Position numbers and translations under genes: made by a program. 64,000 bases of DNA from assembly GCA_013265495.1 (NCBI GenBank), contig MU057640.1:877303-941302 (forward strand). Direction: 5' to 3'. A model generated the notes under the pieces. That model was not told where the DNA came from. It saw only the letters and a program-made list of their open reading frames with translations, and did no database searches. Source of the stretch: Vicugna vicugna (taxonomy: Eukaryota). How positions within the stretch are numbered: position 1 is the first letter of the stretch; each line of letters starts with the position of its first letter. Positions 38,040 through 51,900 of this stretch are shown in pieces.

Positions 38040-38656
38040 ATACTATTGTTAATGTATTCGATATATTAAGTGCTACGGCTGCAGGGAACCAGGCACCCTG
38101 AAATGCTTCTAGTGGACAGGAAATTCATACACTTTCCTGGAAAGCAAGTTTTCGGCATGTATCAAGAGCCTTAACAGTGTTATGTCTCTAGGCATAAAAA
38201 TTTCATTTCTAGATGCTCTCAAATATTTATTTAAAGAGCTGCTCAATATAGTTTTACAAAGACAAGAATTACAAACAATGAATATGTCCAGTAATAAAGA
38301 ATAACTAAATAAAATGTTAAGGGGTAAAATAAAGTCATAAACTGGGTGTGATCTAAACTATGTTTGACATACATGCTTGGGAAGGCATTTAGCAGGAAAT
38401 ATATAAAAATTCCAACAGTTGTTTTCTCTAACCTGAAGAATAATGGGTGATTTTTTTTCTTCTTCTTAATATAAGATAAAAAAAAAAAGACCAAGCTATA
38501 GGTAAAAGAACCAACCAAAATGTATCATAATTACCTATAGACCTAGTTAGAAAATATTGTCTGGAGATCTGGAGCAAGGAACAAGGAGAGATTTAAAGCT
38601 TTTTCAAAACTTAAAAATAAAAAGACACTACTGTTAACTAAAAGGGGTGCTTTTGT

Positions 38657-39142
38657 TGAAGGGGTTCAGAAGGAGCCTCCCCCAAAGGGATCACCTTGAC
38701 ATGTGGCTTATTTTGAGCTAAAGACAATTGAGACCCTGCAGGCTCAAGAGCAACTCCTGCCTCTCCCTTAACTCCCTAGAAGAATTTAAACTGGCAGTTT
38801 TTCCCAGAATGAGAATTATTACCAGGGATAAGTTTCATCTGAGTGACCCATCTCTATGGCAAACAGATGGCAAACATCTAATTACCAAACATCTTCTTTT
38901 CTTATTGTCCTGTGGATTGCCCTCCTTCCCTTTGAAGCCCTCGCCCCCTTTCCCGTTTCTTAGCTCAGGATGGCATGTATACTTGATTTCACCCTTCTGT
39001 CTTTGAACTGCTCACTATGTGGGTTCCCCATATGTATGAAATTAAATTTGGTTTTCTCCTATCAATCTGTCTCATGTCGATATGACTATTAGACCAGCTG
39101 AAAGAATCTTTGAAGGGTAGGGGAAAATTCTTTCTCTCAACA
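38657..39142 (+). mobile_element. ERV1-type solo LTR (MER34/MER39-like)
   Basis: TG...CA ends; tgaaggggttcaga...attttgagctaaagacaattgaga...attaaatttggttttctcctatcaatctgtctcatgtc...aggggaaaattctttctctcaaca. Confidence 0.8.
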
Positions 39143-40114
39143 TTATCAATATACAAAACAGGCTTGCTTACATTCCTATTTGTCCAACGCAATTTGAATT
39201 CCCATTGTACACAAAATCTCATGTCAATCTTTTTTCTTTTCCTTCTCTTATAAAGGCATCGTTTTACTTCTTAAAATTAACTACAATTTATCACTGCATG
39301 GGTTAAGTATTAAAATGTTAAACCACACGGGTAAGTCTTATAGAAATTTCTGCTGCACACCACAAAGACAACATTTTAGTAAGGAAAGCAAATGTAGTTA
39401 CAAGCTCAACTCTCAAACCATCGCACAATTGTTCCAATGTAGAAAGTGCTGGAGATAAAATCCCCGAGCTCTTAGTATATTGATAAGGAAACTTAAATCT
39501 TTCTATTTCTAATTTTAATATAGAACTTTAAAAAAATTCCCCCAGGAACTGCCTACCACCATACGTTTATATCAACATAATAACAATAGCAGAGCCAGGA
39601 ACTAATAATGAGGCTGTAAACTTAATTAACAGCGACAGTTACAAAGCCAACGGCACTTTAACAGGCTGAAGAGTCACTTGAAAGCATGACACTGCTGCTC
39701 AGATGCTGTGCTGTCCGCCCTGAGTAAAACAGCGCTCTGTCCAATGAAGTCACTTCTCATAGCCAAGACCCTGGATCAGAGCTGCATTTCAACATGAGAC
39801 TTGCATTTGAAAATCCCCTAGGAACGAATTTCAGGAGATCCTTGCCCTGGTTAACTCAGAGGTGGTTTGCCTGCTCACCGGCTTGCTGTCAGTGACAGTA
39901 GAAGGTGATGAGGGAGATTAGCACCAGGGCTGCAGCTCTAACAACGGTAAGTGTAGAGGCCAAAAATCATACTAATACAGAGGATTCTCTCAATCCAAAG
40001 AATCAAGATTCCTGGGGACATGCCAGGTTTTCCGGGATTCTTTGGGGAGGGGGAGATGGAGACCCTGCTAAGCCACATGTTCCAGAACTTTCAAAAGTAA
40101 GCAAAAAGCCTATG

Positions 40115-40785
40115 ACTAAAAAAAGAGTTGCACGAGAATGTTCACAGCAGCTTTATTCATAATAACGCCAAACTGGACACAGCCTAGGTAACCATCAACG
40201 GGTGAATGGAGAAACAAATTATGGTCTCTCCACATGAATAAATGCCACTCAGTACTAAAAGAGGCACCGATTGCTGATATATGCAAAAAATGGTGAATCT
40301 CAAAAATATGTATACATTATATGTACTTAACTCAAATAGTATAGAGTCTATGATTCTGGAACTGTATGGAGTTCTGGAAGAGACTAAATTAACGCATGTT
40401 GAAAAAAATCAGAACATTGATTGCCTCTGTGTGATTGGCGTTATATGTGTGTGTGCATTTGTCAAAACTCATTGAGTAGAAAATTTTAAATTTGTGTCTG
40501 TCACTGCATGCACATTTTTGCCTAAATGAAAAACCACAAACAAATACTAAACTCCAGTTGATGATATAAATGTTGAAGTGTTTAGAGCCGAAGTATATTG
40601 ATTTCTGCAACTTACTTTAAAATATATCAAAAATAAGATGAAGAGAGAAATGGACAGATGGATAGATACTGAAAAGTATAGAAAATGTTTGTTGTAAAAT
40701 ATAGGTGGTGAGTACATGGCTACTCACCGTACAATTCCTTCAGATTTTCTGTTTGTTTGAAAATTATCCTAATAAAGTGTTGGGA
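40115..40785 (+). mobile_element. Ancient L1M (MC/ME-like) 3' end
   Basis: gaatgttcacagcagctttattcataataacgccaaactgga...ccatcaacgggtgaatgga...tttgtcaaaactcatt...cagattttctgtttgtttgaaaatt...aataaa. Confidence 0.85.
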
Positions 40786-41726
40786 AGGTCCCTGACCACC
40801 CACCCTTCCCTTTCATCTTGGCAAGCAATTTTAAGAGATTAAGAAAATGAAAGTGTGTGATAAACACAGCTGCTGTAAGAACACATTTTTCAATGCATCA
40901 TGAAAAGTGCATTGTCTATAAATCTTGCTTGCTTTCTTTAATTATTGAAGAAGGTACAAAACTTTCTGGCTGTAAGTAGCTCCATTGAGTCTGGAATGGC
41001 TTTTATGAATATTTAGAGAAAATAATCCCACTTTCCAATACAATAAACACAGGACAATTGAGGAATCTCTGTATAAACAGTGCATCTGATATGCAATACT
41101 GGACATGAGTTAAAATTCTGTGGGTTATTCACAGAATAAAATATGCAGAGAGCTTACATATGTCCATCAGTCAGCTATTAACAATTAGCACATTAGCAGA
41201 CTATTTGGAGCCAAATAATCACATCTTGGATTTGGGGTTACCAAAAGGCAACCCTGAGCCAATTTATTTTCTGTTAGATATTAATGTCTGAAATGCAGAG
41301 GGTGCTACCGGGTAAATGATACCATCTTTGGATGTGACACTGTAGATGAAAATACTTGAAATGAAAATGATCAAGGAAGTAGACGCTGTAAATGAGTCAT
41401 CTGGTTCCAGCTACCATCTACAAGATATGAAAAGCCGAACAGATTTTTCCTTCTTTTTCATCAGTTTATTTCCATCATGCCAGAGAAAGGCCTTCAACAT
41501 TCTTGTGTCACTGTGTGTCATCAGGTGCAGTCCCCACCAGGCCAGCCTGGTTCTTTAAGAAGAGGTAGGAACACAAGTCCTCCTAGAACATGCCCTGCGT
41601 CTTCAACTTGATTTGCATGTGGCTCAGATCCTCTCGGATTTCCCTCCCTCCCATCCCCTCACCAAACTGAGGCTGAGGGGTGGTACCTCGTCTTTAGAGC
41701 CAGACAGGCCTGGGACTGGGTGTCGC

Positions 41727-41880
41727 ATCATTCACTCATCCAACGTATATTTATTCTGCCTGCACCTGCGTCAGGCGATGTATGGTTCCAAGGGCTGGGA
41801 ACAGGGTCGTGAATAAAACAAAGACCCTGCTCTGGCGAAGCTTACTTCGAAGGGGAGAAATTGACAATAAACAAGAACCC
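41727..41880 (-). mobile_element. L2 3' terminal fragment
   Basis: cattcactcatccaacgtatatttatt...gtgaataaaacaaagaccctgctct...agcttac. Confidence 0.65.
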
Positions 41881-42654
41881 AAATGGCTGCTGCGCAGGGT
41901 GGGACTGGGAGCTCAGCACGACCTAGTTTACTCAGCTGGAGGATGAGGATAATGACACCTCCTCTCAGGTGGGAGGCGGGGTTGACAGTACGGTACCTCC
42001 GCCCTTTTTCTTATCCTTCCCCACAAATCTGGAAATGGAACAATAACATCTTACAGCCATAAAACAAAAGTAATGGACTGAAACAGTGATATGCTAAGAC
42101 ACCGCAAAGAGAAAACTACTCTCAAAGGGAGACTACAACTTGACTGAAGTCCCAGTATTAAAACATCTAAAGCCTGCATCAGCCCAGTTGGGTGCCACTC
42201 AGTGTTGGAGGCACTGAAAGCAGACTGGGAGAGGCTGGGACTGGTGCCCCCCCACTGTGGAGGTGCTGTGGCATCCAGCCTCAGACTCTCACAGGTCTGC
42301 GACCCGGTCAGTAAGATCCTCCACCTCATCCAGTCCCTGCTGCCTCACATTTGTAAGTAAACTGATGATCTTAAATTATGTTCTCATATAAACTTGCCTT
42401 CAGAGAGAATGCCCTGGTCAGAGGACACAGGCATCTTGTTCTCAGGATGATTTTCTGTTTCACTGCAAGATAACTGGCTGGCAGTCCTGTTTTTATACAT
42501 CAGTCCCTTATGAGTCAGGATAGTGTATGTCAGCCTCCTAGACACCCATTTGCCTTTGGTTACAAATCAGAATTTTGAACCTACCCAGCTGAGATCCAGA
42601 CCTCAGAAAATAGTTATCCCTTAGAGGTGCAGTCATTGTGTGGGGTTCCTGACG

Positions 42655-42775
42655 GGGGCTAGTCTGTCTTAACTGCTTGCCCTCCTCAAAGTGCAAAATG
42701 GAATGACTGGGAAAATTAAGGGCAGGGTATACTAAGTGCTTATCAGAAGATGGAGCATAATAGGTGCTCAATAAA
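42655..42775 (+). mobile_element. MIR SINE fragment
   Basis: cttaactgcttgccctc...tgcaaaatggaatga...ataataggtgctcaataaa. Confidence 0.55.
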
Positions 42776-44724
42776 ACATATAAGCCACGCAACACTACCA
42801 GGATTCAGCTCACACCCCTTCCGGACAGTGAACTTCGCTGTCGAGCAAACCACAACCATGGGCCTCCCCATCCCCTTACCCAGCCCTCAGCACAGCCTCC
42901 TCTGAATGCTGTGGCTGAAATCCCCCTGCACCACAGACACTCAGGAAAGACTTCTGCTGTGTGCCGTATGCCATCACCACAAAAAAGCTATGGTCCTGGA
43001 GACGAGCTTGTCTTCCACAGAGCCCAGGTCAGCTGATGCTCAAGTCACAGGCAGAGAGGATCACGGTACTGCCCCCACCTTTAGCCTCCAGTCTGTCTCA
43101 CACAAACCTGCCACCCTCTCCCTTCCAGTGAACTGTGAAACCAGGGGTAAGTACCGTGCCGTCCCTCTACTCACACTGAAGGTTAATATAGAACCAGCCC
43201 TGCTGAACATACACTAAAAAATAGTTACTGAAAATGGTATGAGAATTGTGCTAATTTCAAGGACACAGAGCCAACCCAGATCCTTTGATGTGGATTTAAA
43301 TTTAAGTGACGTTTCATAGGCAGAGATTGTGGAAGCTGCTGATCTCAATTCATTTTTAATACGGTTTCCACATTTATGAACAGTTTTTAAAGTCCTACCA
43401 GACTTGCATTCCATAAATAATTTACCCACCTGAGAAATGCCTGCACTCTATCCTTAGAGGTAAATCCTGAGGCAGCATTTGATAGCCAAAGAATCACCGA
43501 TGCACAAGGTCAAGGGGATAATAAAGTTTATCTAGTTTAGCTCCCAAGAAATACCTAAGCCTCTATCATCTATATCCCTTCCAAGTAGTTGTCCATGTTA
43601 TGGCTCAGGGACCTTCAATGACAGGGAACTCCTCTACAAATACAAGGGCAAAGATGCTGGCATTGAAAAATGGAGATCGGGATTCTGAAGTGTGATGGTA
43701 TGAAGGTTTGCTGACTGAGGATAAAGACCCCTTTGGGTGGAGTCCCTGTCTGTCAGTTCCATCTGGTATGGATTCAGGCCTTCAAACCATTCCAGGCCAT
43801 AGCTCATTAAACAGTTAAGCATCCTAAGAGCTACCCAGTCACTGGTCACACCACCCCAGCACAGCCACTCACACCCTCACGGACACCCATGTTCTGTTTG
43901 GTGCCCCATGGAACGTGTAGGTGGCACACACTACCAGCCTAAGTCTTGTAGGGACGTCTCAGTGCAGGTGGCCCCACTGTCTGCATCCTCGGCATCCATC
44001 CCAGCACCTGCTCCTGCCAGTCCCCTCATTACTTCCTCCCTGTGTGATTCTTTCCTCCTCTACTGACACTCCCCATTGTGCCTGCGGAAATTCTGGGCCT
44101 GTGGTCAGTAGTCCCCAGCATTCTTACATCTTTCACAGATAGTCCCTCTGCCTTCCAGCCTCAAACCAGACCTGCCAAAATCTTCCCTGAGGACACTACT
44201 TCCATGCCGGACCTCTCTGGTGGAGGGTGTCATTCTCCCACATTCCCGGTGATGGAGGGCCAGAGGAAAGAATATTCTCTTAGTTCTTATATGTCTTATT
44301 TCATGATCAACCTTCTTGAAATCTATTTACATAGAAATCTGAAGGGAGAAAGAAAGAGAATGAATCACATGGCTATTAGGAAGTGAATGTTCCAGAGAAA
44401 GAAAGCAGTGTGTGCAAAGGTCCTGAGGAAAGAGCTTCAAGAGCCTACCTAACATTCAGCTAAGCCTACTCTTTATGCCCTTCTGCAGCTGTCCACTCCC
44501 ACCTCGGTCGAGCTCCCTCCCTCATGGAGGACTCCAGAACCTAGAGCACAGTCCTTCTCCCCAACCCACCTCTCCCGCCCCCAAATTCCATGTCAATGTA
44601 AAACACCCTTCCAGAAATGCTATTCTAAGGTCCTGGACCACCTTGACCTTTGCCGGCAAGCACTTCAATGATGCACCCCCATGGTATTTCCTGGTCACAC
44701 TTATGCCTAGTATTGCTCTCAAGT

Positions 44725-45608
44725 CATCAGTTCTTCTTGCTTGGATTATGGTAACAGCTTCCTAACTGGCCTCATTCTATTCTTGTCCCCTTACTGTCCT
44801 TTCCTCATGGAGCCTCCAAAATGACCCTCCTAAAACGTAGTCAGATCCTGTCACTTCTCTGCTCAACACTCTCCATTGGCTTTCTACCTTCCTCAGTGAG
44901 CTCAGGAGAATTTCTCATGAGCTACCACACCCAACTTGATCTGTCCCATTGCCACCTACCATTTTTTTTAAAGAAGAAAATTTATTTGTAATTTCAAAAG
45001 GTTTAGGGATTTGATCTTTTGATCTTATGAAAAGAAGAGGTAAAGTAGAAAACAATAAAAACTAAAACAGATTTTTCTGAGTACAAGCTGTCCCAGGGTA
45101 GTCAGTCATGTTGATTACAGCAGGTCTCTGGCCACGTACGGTTGTCGCCTTTAGACAACAGAGGTTATCTACAGCTTCCAGATAAGCATGGTGGAAGCAC
45201 CTCCTCTTCCTGAGTTTTTCTCCCACAGTTCTCCTCTTTATAGGGAGGAACAGGCTCCTGCCTCAGGGCCTTTGCACATACCACTTTCTTTTCCTTCATT
45301 TCTTTAGGTTCCTATTTAAATGCCACTTTATCAGAAAGGTTTTCCCTATGACTCTATCATCCCAACCCCTGCCCTGCCTGGCCCCATGGTTCTCTATTGC
45401 CTAACTCTACTTTTTTTCATTGTACTCTCACCACTAGACCACCAGCTATTTTGTTTAAGTTATTTGCTTATTTGCTGATGCCTCCTCCCACCAACAGGAC
45501 ATAAGCCACACAAGGGCAGAGAGACTTTGTTCACTGCTGTATCTCCAGCACCCAAAACAGTGCCTGGCTCATAAAATATAGTAATTAAATAATTGTTGGA
45601 TGAATAAA
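44725..45608 (+). mobile_element. L2 3' region, interrupted at ~44961-45198
   Basis: cttgcttggattatggtaacagcttcctaactgg...gtcagatcctgtcacttctctgctcaacactctcca...cctcagggcctttgcac...ttcactgctgtatctccagcacccaaaacagtgcctggc...tgttggatgaataaa. Confidence 0.88.
44961..45198 (-). pseudogene. Putative short processed retrocopy or transduced 3' end of an unidentified transcript
   Basis: Non-L2 sequence inside an L2. On the minus strand, AATAAA (44981-44986) lies 11 nt before an A8 tract (44962-44969). Confidence 0.45.
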
Positions 45609-46065
45609 CTCCAATATACCACATTTACTCTCTTAACCTCCACTAAATCTTCTCTTTAACTATATGGAAACTGTCAATTCCTTGACAGTTAAATGAAACC
45701 ACAACAAGACTAGCAATTCAAAATTAATGTGGTACTTAGTTCAGTGCCCAACATAAGTGTTTTTCATGCATTATTTATTTTAACCTATGTGGTTAATAGT
45801 CTTCTCAATGCCACTTGACAGTTGGGAACCTACTTCTCAGTCCAGGCTTGGCCCCCGGGGGACATGACTCAACCATTCTTTAACATCTTCTCCATCACCT
45901 GCCCTGCAGCCTCTGGGGTTCCCACCCTGAAAATTCCCCCAATATTGAATCAGTTTAACAGTTCACCTTCTCTGCTCCTATATGCTAGACCCTTAGCTCT
46001 GCTGAACCAAAGAGGAAAAAAATAATCAAATATCACACAGACTGGTCCACAGAGTTTATGGTTTC

Positions 46066-46512
46066 TGTGAGACGTGGATTTACGCGTCAATAGTACGCAG
46101 TTAGTTATTCAGCCAAACGCTCACCTAGGTGTTACTGTGAAGGTATTTTGTAGATGTGGCTAACACCTACAATCAGCTGGCTTCAAGTAAAGAAGATTGT
46201 TCTCAGTCATGCTGGTGGGCTACATCCAATCAGTAGGAAGGCATTCAAAAGCAAAACTGAGGTTTCCCCAAGGAAGAAGAAATTCTGCCTCAAGATTGTA
46301 GCATTTGCTCATGTCTGAGAGTTTCCAGCCTGGAGTTCCATGCTACAGATTTTGGACTTGCCAGTTTCCACAATTGTATAAACCAGTTCCTTGAAGTAAA
46401 TCTCTCTCTACAGATGTATATGTACATACACATATGTTTATGCATTCATGGGCACATAGACATACACATCCATCCTATCGGTTCTGTGTCCCCAGAGAAC
46501 CGTGGCTGACCT
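46066..46512 (+). mobile_element. MLT2D-like ERVL solo LTR
   Basis: ctaggtgttactgtgaaggtattttgtagatgtgg...aaactgaggtttcccc...aagaaattctgcctcaaga...ggttctgtgtcccagagaacc. Confidence 0.85.
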
Positions 46513-47199
46513 CTATTCCAGTCTCGGGTCTTCAGTATCTCTCAGCAATTCTCTTCATTGCCCCTGATCAATTACACCTGTCACCATTCCTCAAGCCCTC
46601 AACTAGTCCTTCTGCCCCTCACTCTGCCCTGCTCTCTCTTAGCAGGTGACTTCGTTTTCTCTTTCACCAACACAACTAAAGCTCTTAGGTTTGCACACCT
46701 TCCAATTCCATCTTCATACATATAAACATCTCCCTGCTTGCAGTCATCATGGTCTTTTTCTCCCAATACTGACCGTAATTCCCAGAGGGGACAGCTGTTG
46801 GTACCATGTGACACCCCCTCTCTCCTCACCTCAGAAGAAGCTGCCTGATCCAAGCAGAACTCACATGGTACCAGTTTTTCTGTTGGCCCAGCATTAACCC
46901 CTCCTTTGGAAGAATCACGTCTCCTTTTCCTTTTGGATGTCAAGGCTGCCAACTTGATACCCCAATCCCAGGACCATGAGATGGTAAGTAGGTCATCTTA
47001 TCATAAGGAGAAAATAAAGTTCAATCCTTCCTAACATAGCATGTGCCCCTGAACAAGTGATTGGTCCATGGGATTGGCACAGGATGTAAATTACATCAAA
47101 CAGAACTCTTCCCCAGTAGGGTTTACACTGATGTTGGAGGGGCAAGTCTTAATCCTCATGCCACCCTTTCAGCTGTAAGGGTAGGACTCCAGATCCGCC

Positions 47200-47410
47200 A
47201 GTGGTCAAACACACCACACCACGAAGAGCATGAGGTCCACAGACAGGCAAACGGGAAGAGGCAAACTTGATCATACTGATGGAGTCCCAGGAATCTCTGA
47301 ACGGATCTTTATCCCTGAACTTCCCAGTTCAGTGAGCCAATACACTTAATGTTTCTTAAGATCATTTGACCTGTGCATCTTTCACTTGCATACCAAAGTC
47401 CTAACTACTA
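47200..47410 (+). mobile_element. Old MaLR LTR fragment (MLT1J/K-like)
   Basis: cctgaacttcccagttcagtgagccaatacac...ttcacttgcataccaaagtcctaactacta. Confidence 0.55.
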
Positions 47411-48069
47411 TAGGAACAGGTTTCCTAGAAATGTGGAACAAGGACCCTAAGAGGCTCTGTCAATCATGGGAGAGCCAGGGCCAGAATCAGTGCCCTGACG
47501 TACCGCAGTAAAGAGCGCTGCTGATGCTGAGCTGCCTACAAGCAGATACCTGAGGGTGACTCTGTTCGGTCGCCAGCCTGCAGTGGCCAGCCCAGCCTTG
47601 GGGGATGGAGGGACCCTAGGCATCTAGTGACCACCAGGGACATGATTTCCCACACCAGGGTCAAGATCTTCTCCACCAGGAAAGGATGGGGACAGGGAGC
47701 CACTAAATGGGGGTAGGGGTGGAGGTGGGAAGGTCAGGGAGAGGACTGTTTAAATTTTTTACTTAAAAGTATAAGGATGTTTTAACTCAGAACAGCTCAA
47801 AGATAATAACATTTTAGGAAGGGCTTATTTTGCTGTGGTTTTGCAAGATGCTACACAACCACTGATGGAAAATGGGTTAAGGGTATACGAGATCTCTCTG
47901 TACTCTTTCCTATAAATGTATCTACAGTGATCTCACATTCAAGGGAGATACAAACAAGGAGCAACGGTAGATGAAAAGTGGAAAAGGTAGGAAAACACCT
48001 TAAAGTTTCATCTGAATTTAATGGAACCAACAGCGATCAAATCAGCCCAGCTAGAATCATCGAAGTCTC

Positions 48070-48635
48070 TGTCTTTCTACTCTTCCCTATCCCATCTCTT
48101 TGCTCTGTCCCAAATCCTGTCACTTCAGCTCCCAACATCTCTCTAAACTCAGTCCTACCAACACTGTCACCACATTCACTGCCTCAGTTCACAGCTTCCT
48201 TGGTGATGTCCCTGCCTCTGACCTCACCTCGCTCTGTTTCTGCTGAATACCAGAATTATCTACCTCAACTACAAATCTTCACATGTTACGTCTCTGATTA
48301 AAATCCTCCAATGGCTCCCTACTAACAGCAGGATAAAGAACACATCTATTAACGCAGCAACCTATGTTTGCATGTTTATATCCATCCTGGCCATTACTTG
48401 ATGTGGTCTGCCCTCCTGGTTCCCCTGGGGAATCCTGCTCACCCAGCAAGACTCAGCTCAAGTATCTGTTCCACTGTTCAGCTTGCCTGGTACTCTCATA
48501 CAAAGTCAGATGCTAGCGCTAATCCCAGGACACCTACGCCTTTATGATTATTGGTGTGTGCATTGGTTTTCCCTCCTCCCCAGTGAAGTACCTTGTAGGC
48601 ACATTGTAGGTGCTTATAAATAGTTGGATGAATGG
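48070..48635 (+). mobile_element. L2 3' region
   Basis: ctgattaaaatcctccaatggctccc...aagactcagctcaagtatc...gtaggtgcttataaatagttggatgaatg. Confidence 0.7.
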
Positions 48636-49016
48636 GTGATGTTGGGAAGGGGCTCACAGCTTTTAAGATCACTTTCAACCAAAATACCAGAGGTCTAGTG
48701 AGCCTCCTGATTCACTCTTTCCTTCATTCTAATATTATATACTAGTATATATTTTTTCAATCTGGAAACATCTAATTTTACTCTGAAAATACAGTGAGAA
48801 ATAAGATTCACTATATGCAAATTTTTCTTCATGTCAATTTGACTGAGCACATGCATTCCAACATTAAGGCACAGGCAACACCTTCATGGTTAAGATGCTT
48901 ATAACACTATGGCAAGAATCAATCCCTTTGAAAGACATGCTAGATAATCTAGTGGAGAGCAGTGGATGGAGGCTGTGAATCTATTTGGTTGGTCTGATTT
49001 ATTGGGTGTCCCTTTC

Positions 49017-49185
49017 AGCCATGCTTCTCAGACTTTAAAGTATGTGAAACCCACCCGAGGACCTTGCTAAACTGAAGATTCTGATTCAGGAGGGGTGGGG
49101 TGGGACCCACGGCTCTAGTCATCCAGCAAGCTCCCAGGTCATGCTGATGCCACTGGTCCGTGGACCACCTGTAAGAGGGTCTGCA
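49017..49185. mobile_element. MER5A hAT-Charlie MITE
   Basis: atgcttctcagacttta...cttgctaaactgaagattctgattcagg...caagctcccaggtcatgctgatgccactggtccgtggacca. Confidence 0.8.
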
Positions 49186-50592
49186 GTGCTGACGTGATAA
49201 AAGTGGTGGCTCTGGGGCCCCCAAAAATGACATCAAACAAAAGCTGAGAGAAAAGTTTCCCTTTCCTCCCACAGATCCACAGAGACACACTCAGTCACGC
49301 GCCATGGCTTAGCTAGTTAGAAGACAGAAGAAACCATATTCTTGGTCTGGTACACTTTGATATGACGTCTAAAGTCTAAAACTTCACCATCTGATACAAA
49401 ATGCTAAAAAGAATATACCAATTAAAATGCTCCTTTCTTAAAAAGTACTGCTTTTGAAGGCCAATTTATAACTTGGTTTAGAAACTGCTAAATGCCTAAT
49501 TAAAAATGATTTCAGTGGCATTTTCAGCTTTTTCTCCTTTGAAATTTCAGAGACGGAGGCTGATTGCTTTCACGAGGTGGGGGTGGGCATTGCTCATAGA
49601 TTTGGACTTTTATTTATTCTTAGTTTTCCAGACTGAAGTGACAATTACATCTAAACACCCTTGACTCTGAGGAATCCTCTCTCTCTCTTTTTTTTTTAAG
49701 CAAGAAAATTAGATTCTACAAAGCACTGGTTTCTTCAGAGCCTTCAAGATGAGCCACAACAGCAGCAAGAATCCCAAATGTTAATGGCTATAAGCACAGA
49801 AAGATATTAGAAAATCCAATTTACGAAATGAGCCTAAGCATTCATTAATGTGCACTTCATTAAAGTGTATGCAAAAATATCACAGAATACCAGCAGCCTG
49901 TAAACATGATAAAACAGATGTTTTTATTGATACAGATATATATTTAAGATATATTAAGTGAAGTAATCAGATGTGATTACACTAATTATGGTATGATTCT
50001 GTTTTTGAAAAAGAAGTGTAGAATGTATGCTAGAGTCACACACTCTAAATAATATTAGGTGGTTTTGGTAGTGGCATTATAGGATATTTGGTTTTTCTTT
50101 TTTCCAAAGCAGACAGCATTTTAAAAAATCTAATTTATAATGGGCCCAGACTAAGTTATGGGCCATTTCTACATATCCCTAGACTAAACCGCGATTGCAA
50201 AACTCAAATGCTAGAAAACACCATCTTCATTTATTGTAGCAAAATATAAATATAGAGGCTAAATCCGACAAGGAGCCAGCAGCCTCAGTGGAGAGGACAA
50301 AATGAGTTAAAAACCTGCCTTTAATTATGGTTTCCACGAGTGAGCAAGTAGGAGAAAATCTGGAATTTGCCACCCAAGATGGGCTAAGCCTCAGATATTC
50401 TTGTGGGGAAGCAAATCTTTTTGTGGCAATTCTGACTGATTTGAAGGTCTGGGTCAAGGCCTTGATACTGAGTTCCGGTGGCCGTCATCCTCTTGCTCCA
50501 CACAAACCATGCCCTTTCCCCTTTTGCTGTGGCTGAGACAGGTGCAGCCACCTGAGCTGGCAGAGCAGCTGATGGGTGATGCAGGCTCAGGT

Positions 50593-50769
50593 CAGGGGTT
50601 CTTAATCTGGGCTCTGTGGACCAGGTAGGCGGATGTCTAAAAGCACCCCCGAAACTGAATGTAAAACTTTACTATACATGTATGCACTTGCATTTGCGGG
50701 AATCGGAATCCGTGCCTCTTGTCAGATTCTCAAAATGTCAAGGACCCTAGAAAAAATTATGAATCACTG
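50593..50769. mobile_element. MER103C-like hAT-Charlie MITE
   Basis: caggggttcttaatctggg ... tcagattctcaaaa...aaaaattatgaatcactg, with inverted termini. Confidence 0.65.
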
Positions 50770-51225
50770 ATGGACAACTTTTCAGAAGTAGCAGGAAAAA
50801 CATTTGGCACACCCATGTGTCTTATATGTATAATAAAAAACAAAACAAACCTATTTTATGCAGCTAACTCAAATACACATAACTACTTAACAAGACCTCA
50901 TAAAGCAGGAAAAGAAAAACCAAAACCTATAAAGGACAAAAAAAAATTTATTCTCATTACCTGTTACAAATTTGACTTCATAGCTTACCTCAGTTTTGTG
51001 GGCAAAAATCCCAATAATAAATACGAGTTGAATGGTTCCTCAATCCTTATTACAAAATGTCCTAATGTATTTGTCGCATCCAATTTGTCTCTCTGTCTGT
51101 TCTTGCAGGCATCTTTTGTGGTGGTTCTCAGTCTTTAGTGAGCCCAGAAATAATCTGAGGTGCTTATTAACCATGCAGTTTCCTGGGCCCTCTCCCAGAA
51201 GTCTGGAGTGTGGCCCAAGGGCGGA

Positions 51226-51900
51226 TTATTATTTAATTGAAGTACAGTTGATGTACAATGCTGTGTTAGTTTCTGGTGTACAGCAAAGTGATTCAGTCAT
51301 ACATACATATGTACATACTCTTTTTCAGATTCTTTTTCGTTATAGTTTATTACAAGATACTGAATGTAGTTCCCTGTGCTATATAGTAGGACCTTGTTGT
51401 TTGTCTATTTGTTTATATAGTAGTTTCTATCTGCTAATCCCAAACTTCTAATTTATCCCTTCCCCCTTCCTTTCTCCTTTGGTGACCACAAATTTGTTTT
51501 CTATGTCTGTAAGTCTGTTTCTGTTTTATAAATAAGTTCATTTGTATCATTTTCTAGATTCCATGTATAAGTGATTTCATATGACATTTGTCTTTGATTT
51601 ATTTCACTTAGTATGATAATCTCTGGATCTATCCATGTTGCTGCAAATGGTATTATTTCATTCTTTTTGTGGCTGAGTAATATTCCATTGTGTGTGTGTG
51701 TGTGTGTGTGTACATGCATATATCACACATTATATATATATATATATATATATAAAAATCTCTCACAACTTCTTTATCCATTCATCTGTTGATGGACATT
51801 TAGGTTGCTTCCATGTCTTGGCTACTGTAAACAGTGCTGTATGAACATTGGGATGCATGTATCTTTTCATATTAGAGTTTTCTCTGGATATATGCCCAAG
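51226..51900 (-). mobile_element. 5'-truncated LINE-1 inserted into a MER5-like MITE (~51120-51950)
   Basis: Minus-strand ORF 51501..51719 carries KKNEIIPFAATWIDPEIIILSEI (L1 ORF2 C-terminus). There is an internal (TG)n/(TA)n expansion, and gcccaagggc occurs on both sides. Confidence 0.92.

Noticed and set aside
45130..45165. Minus-strand peptide LLSKGDNRT faintly resembling an Sm2 motif
   Set aside because: Too short, with an in-frame context that does not extend; probably chance.
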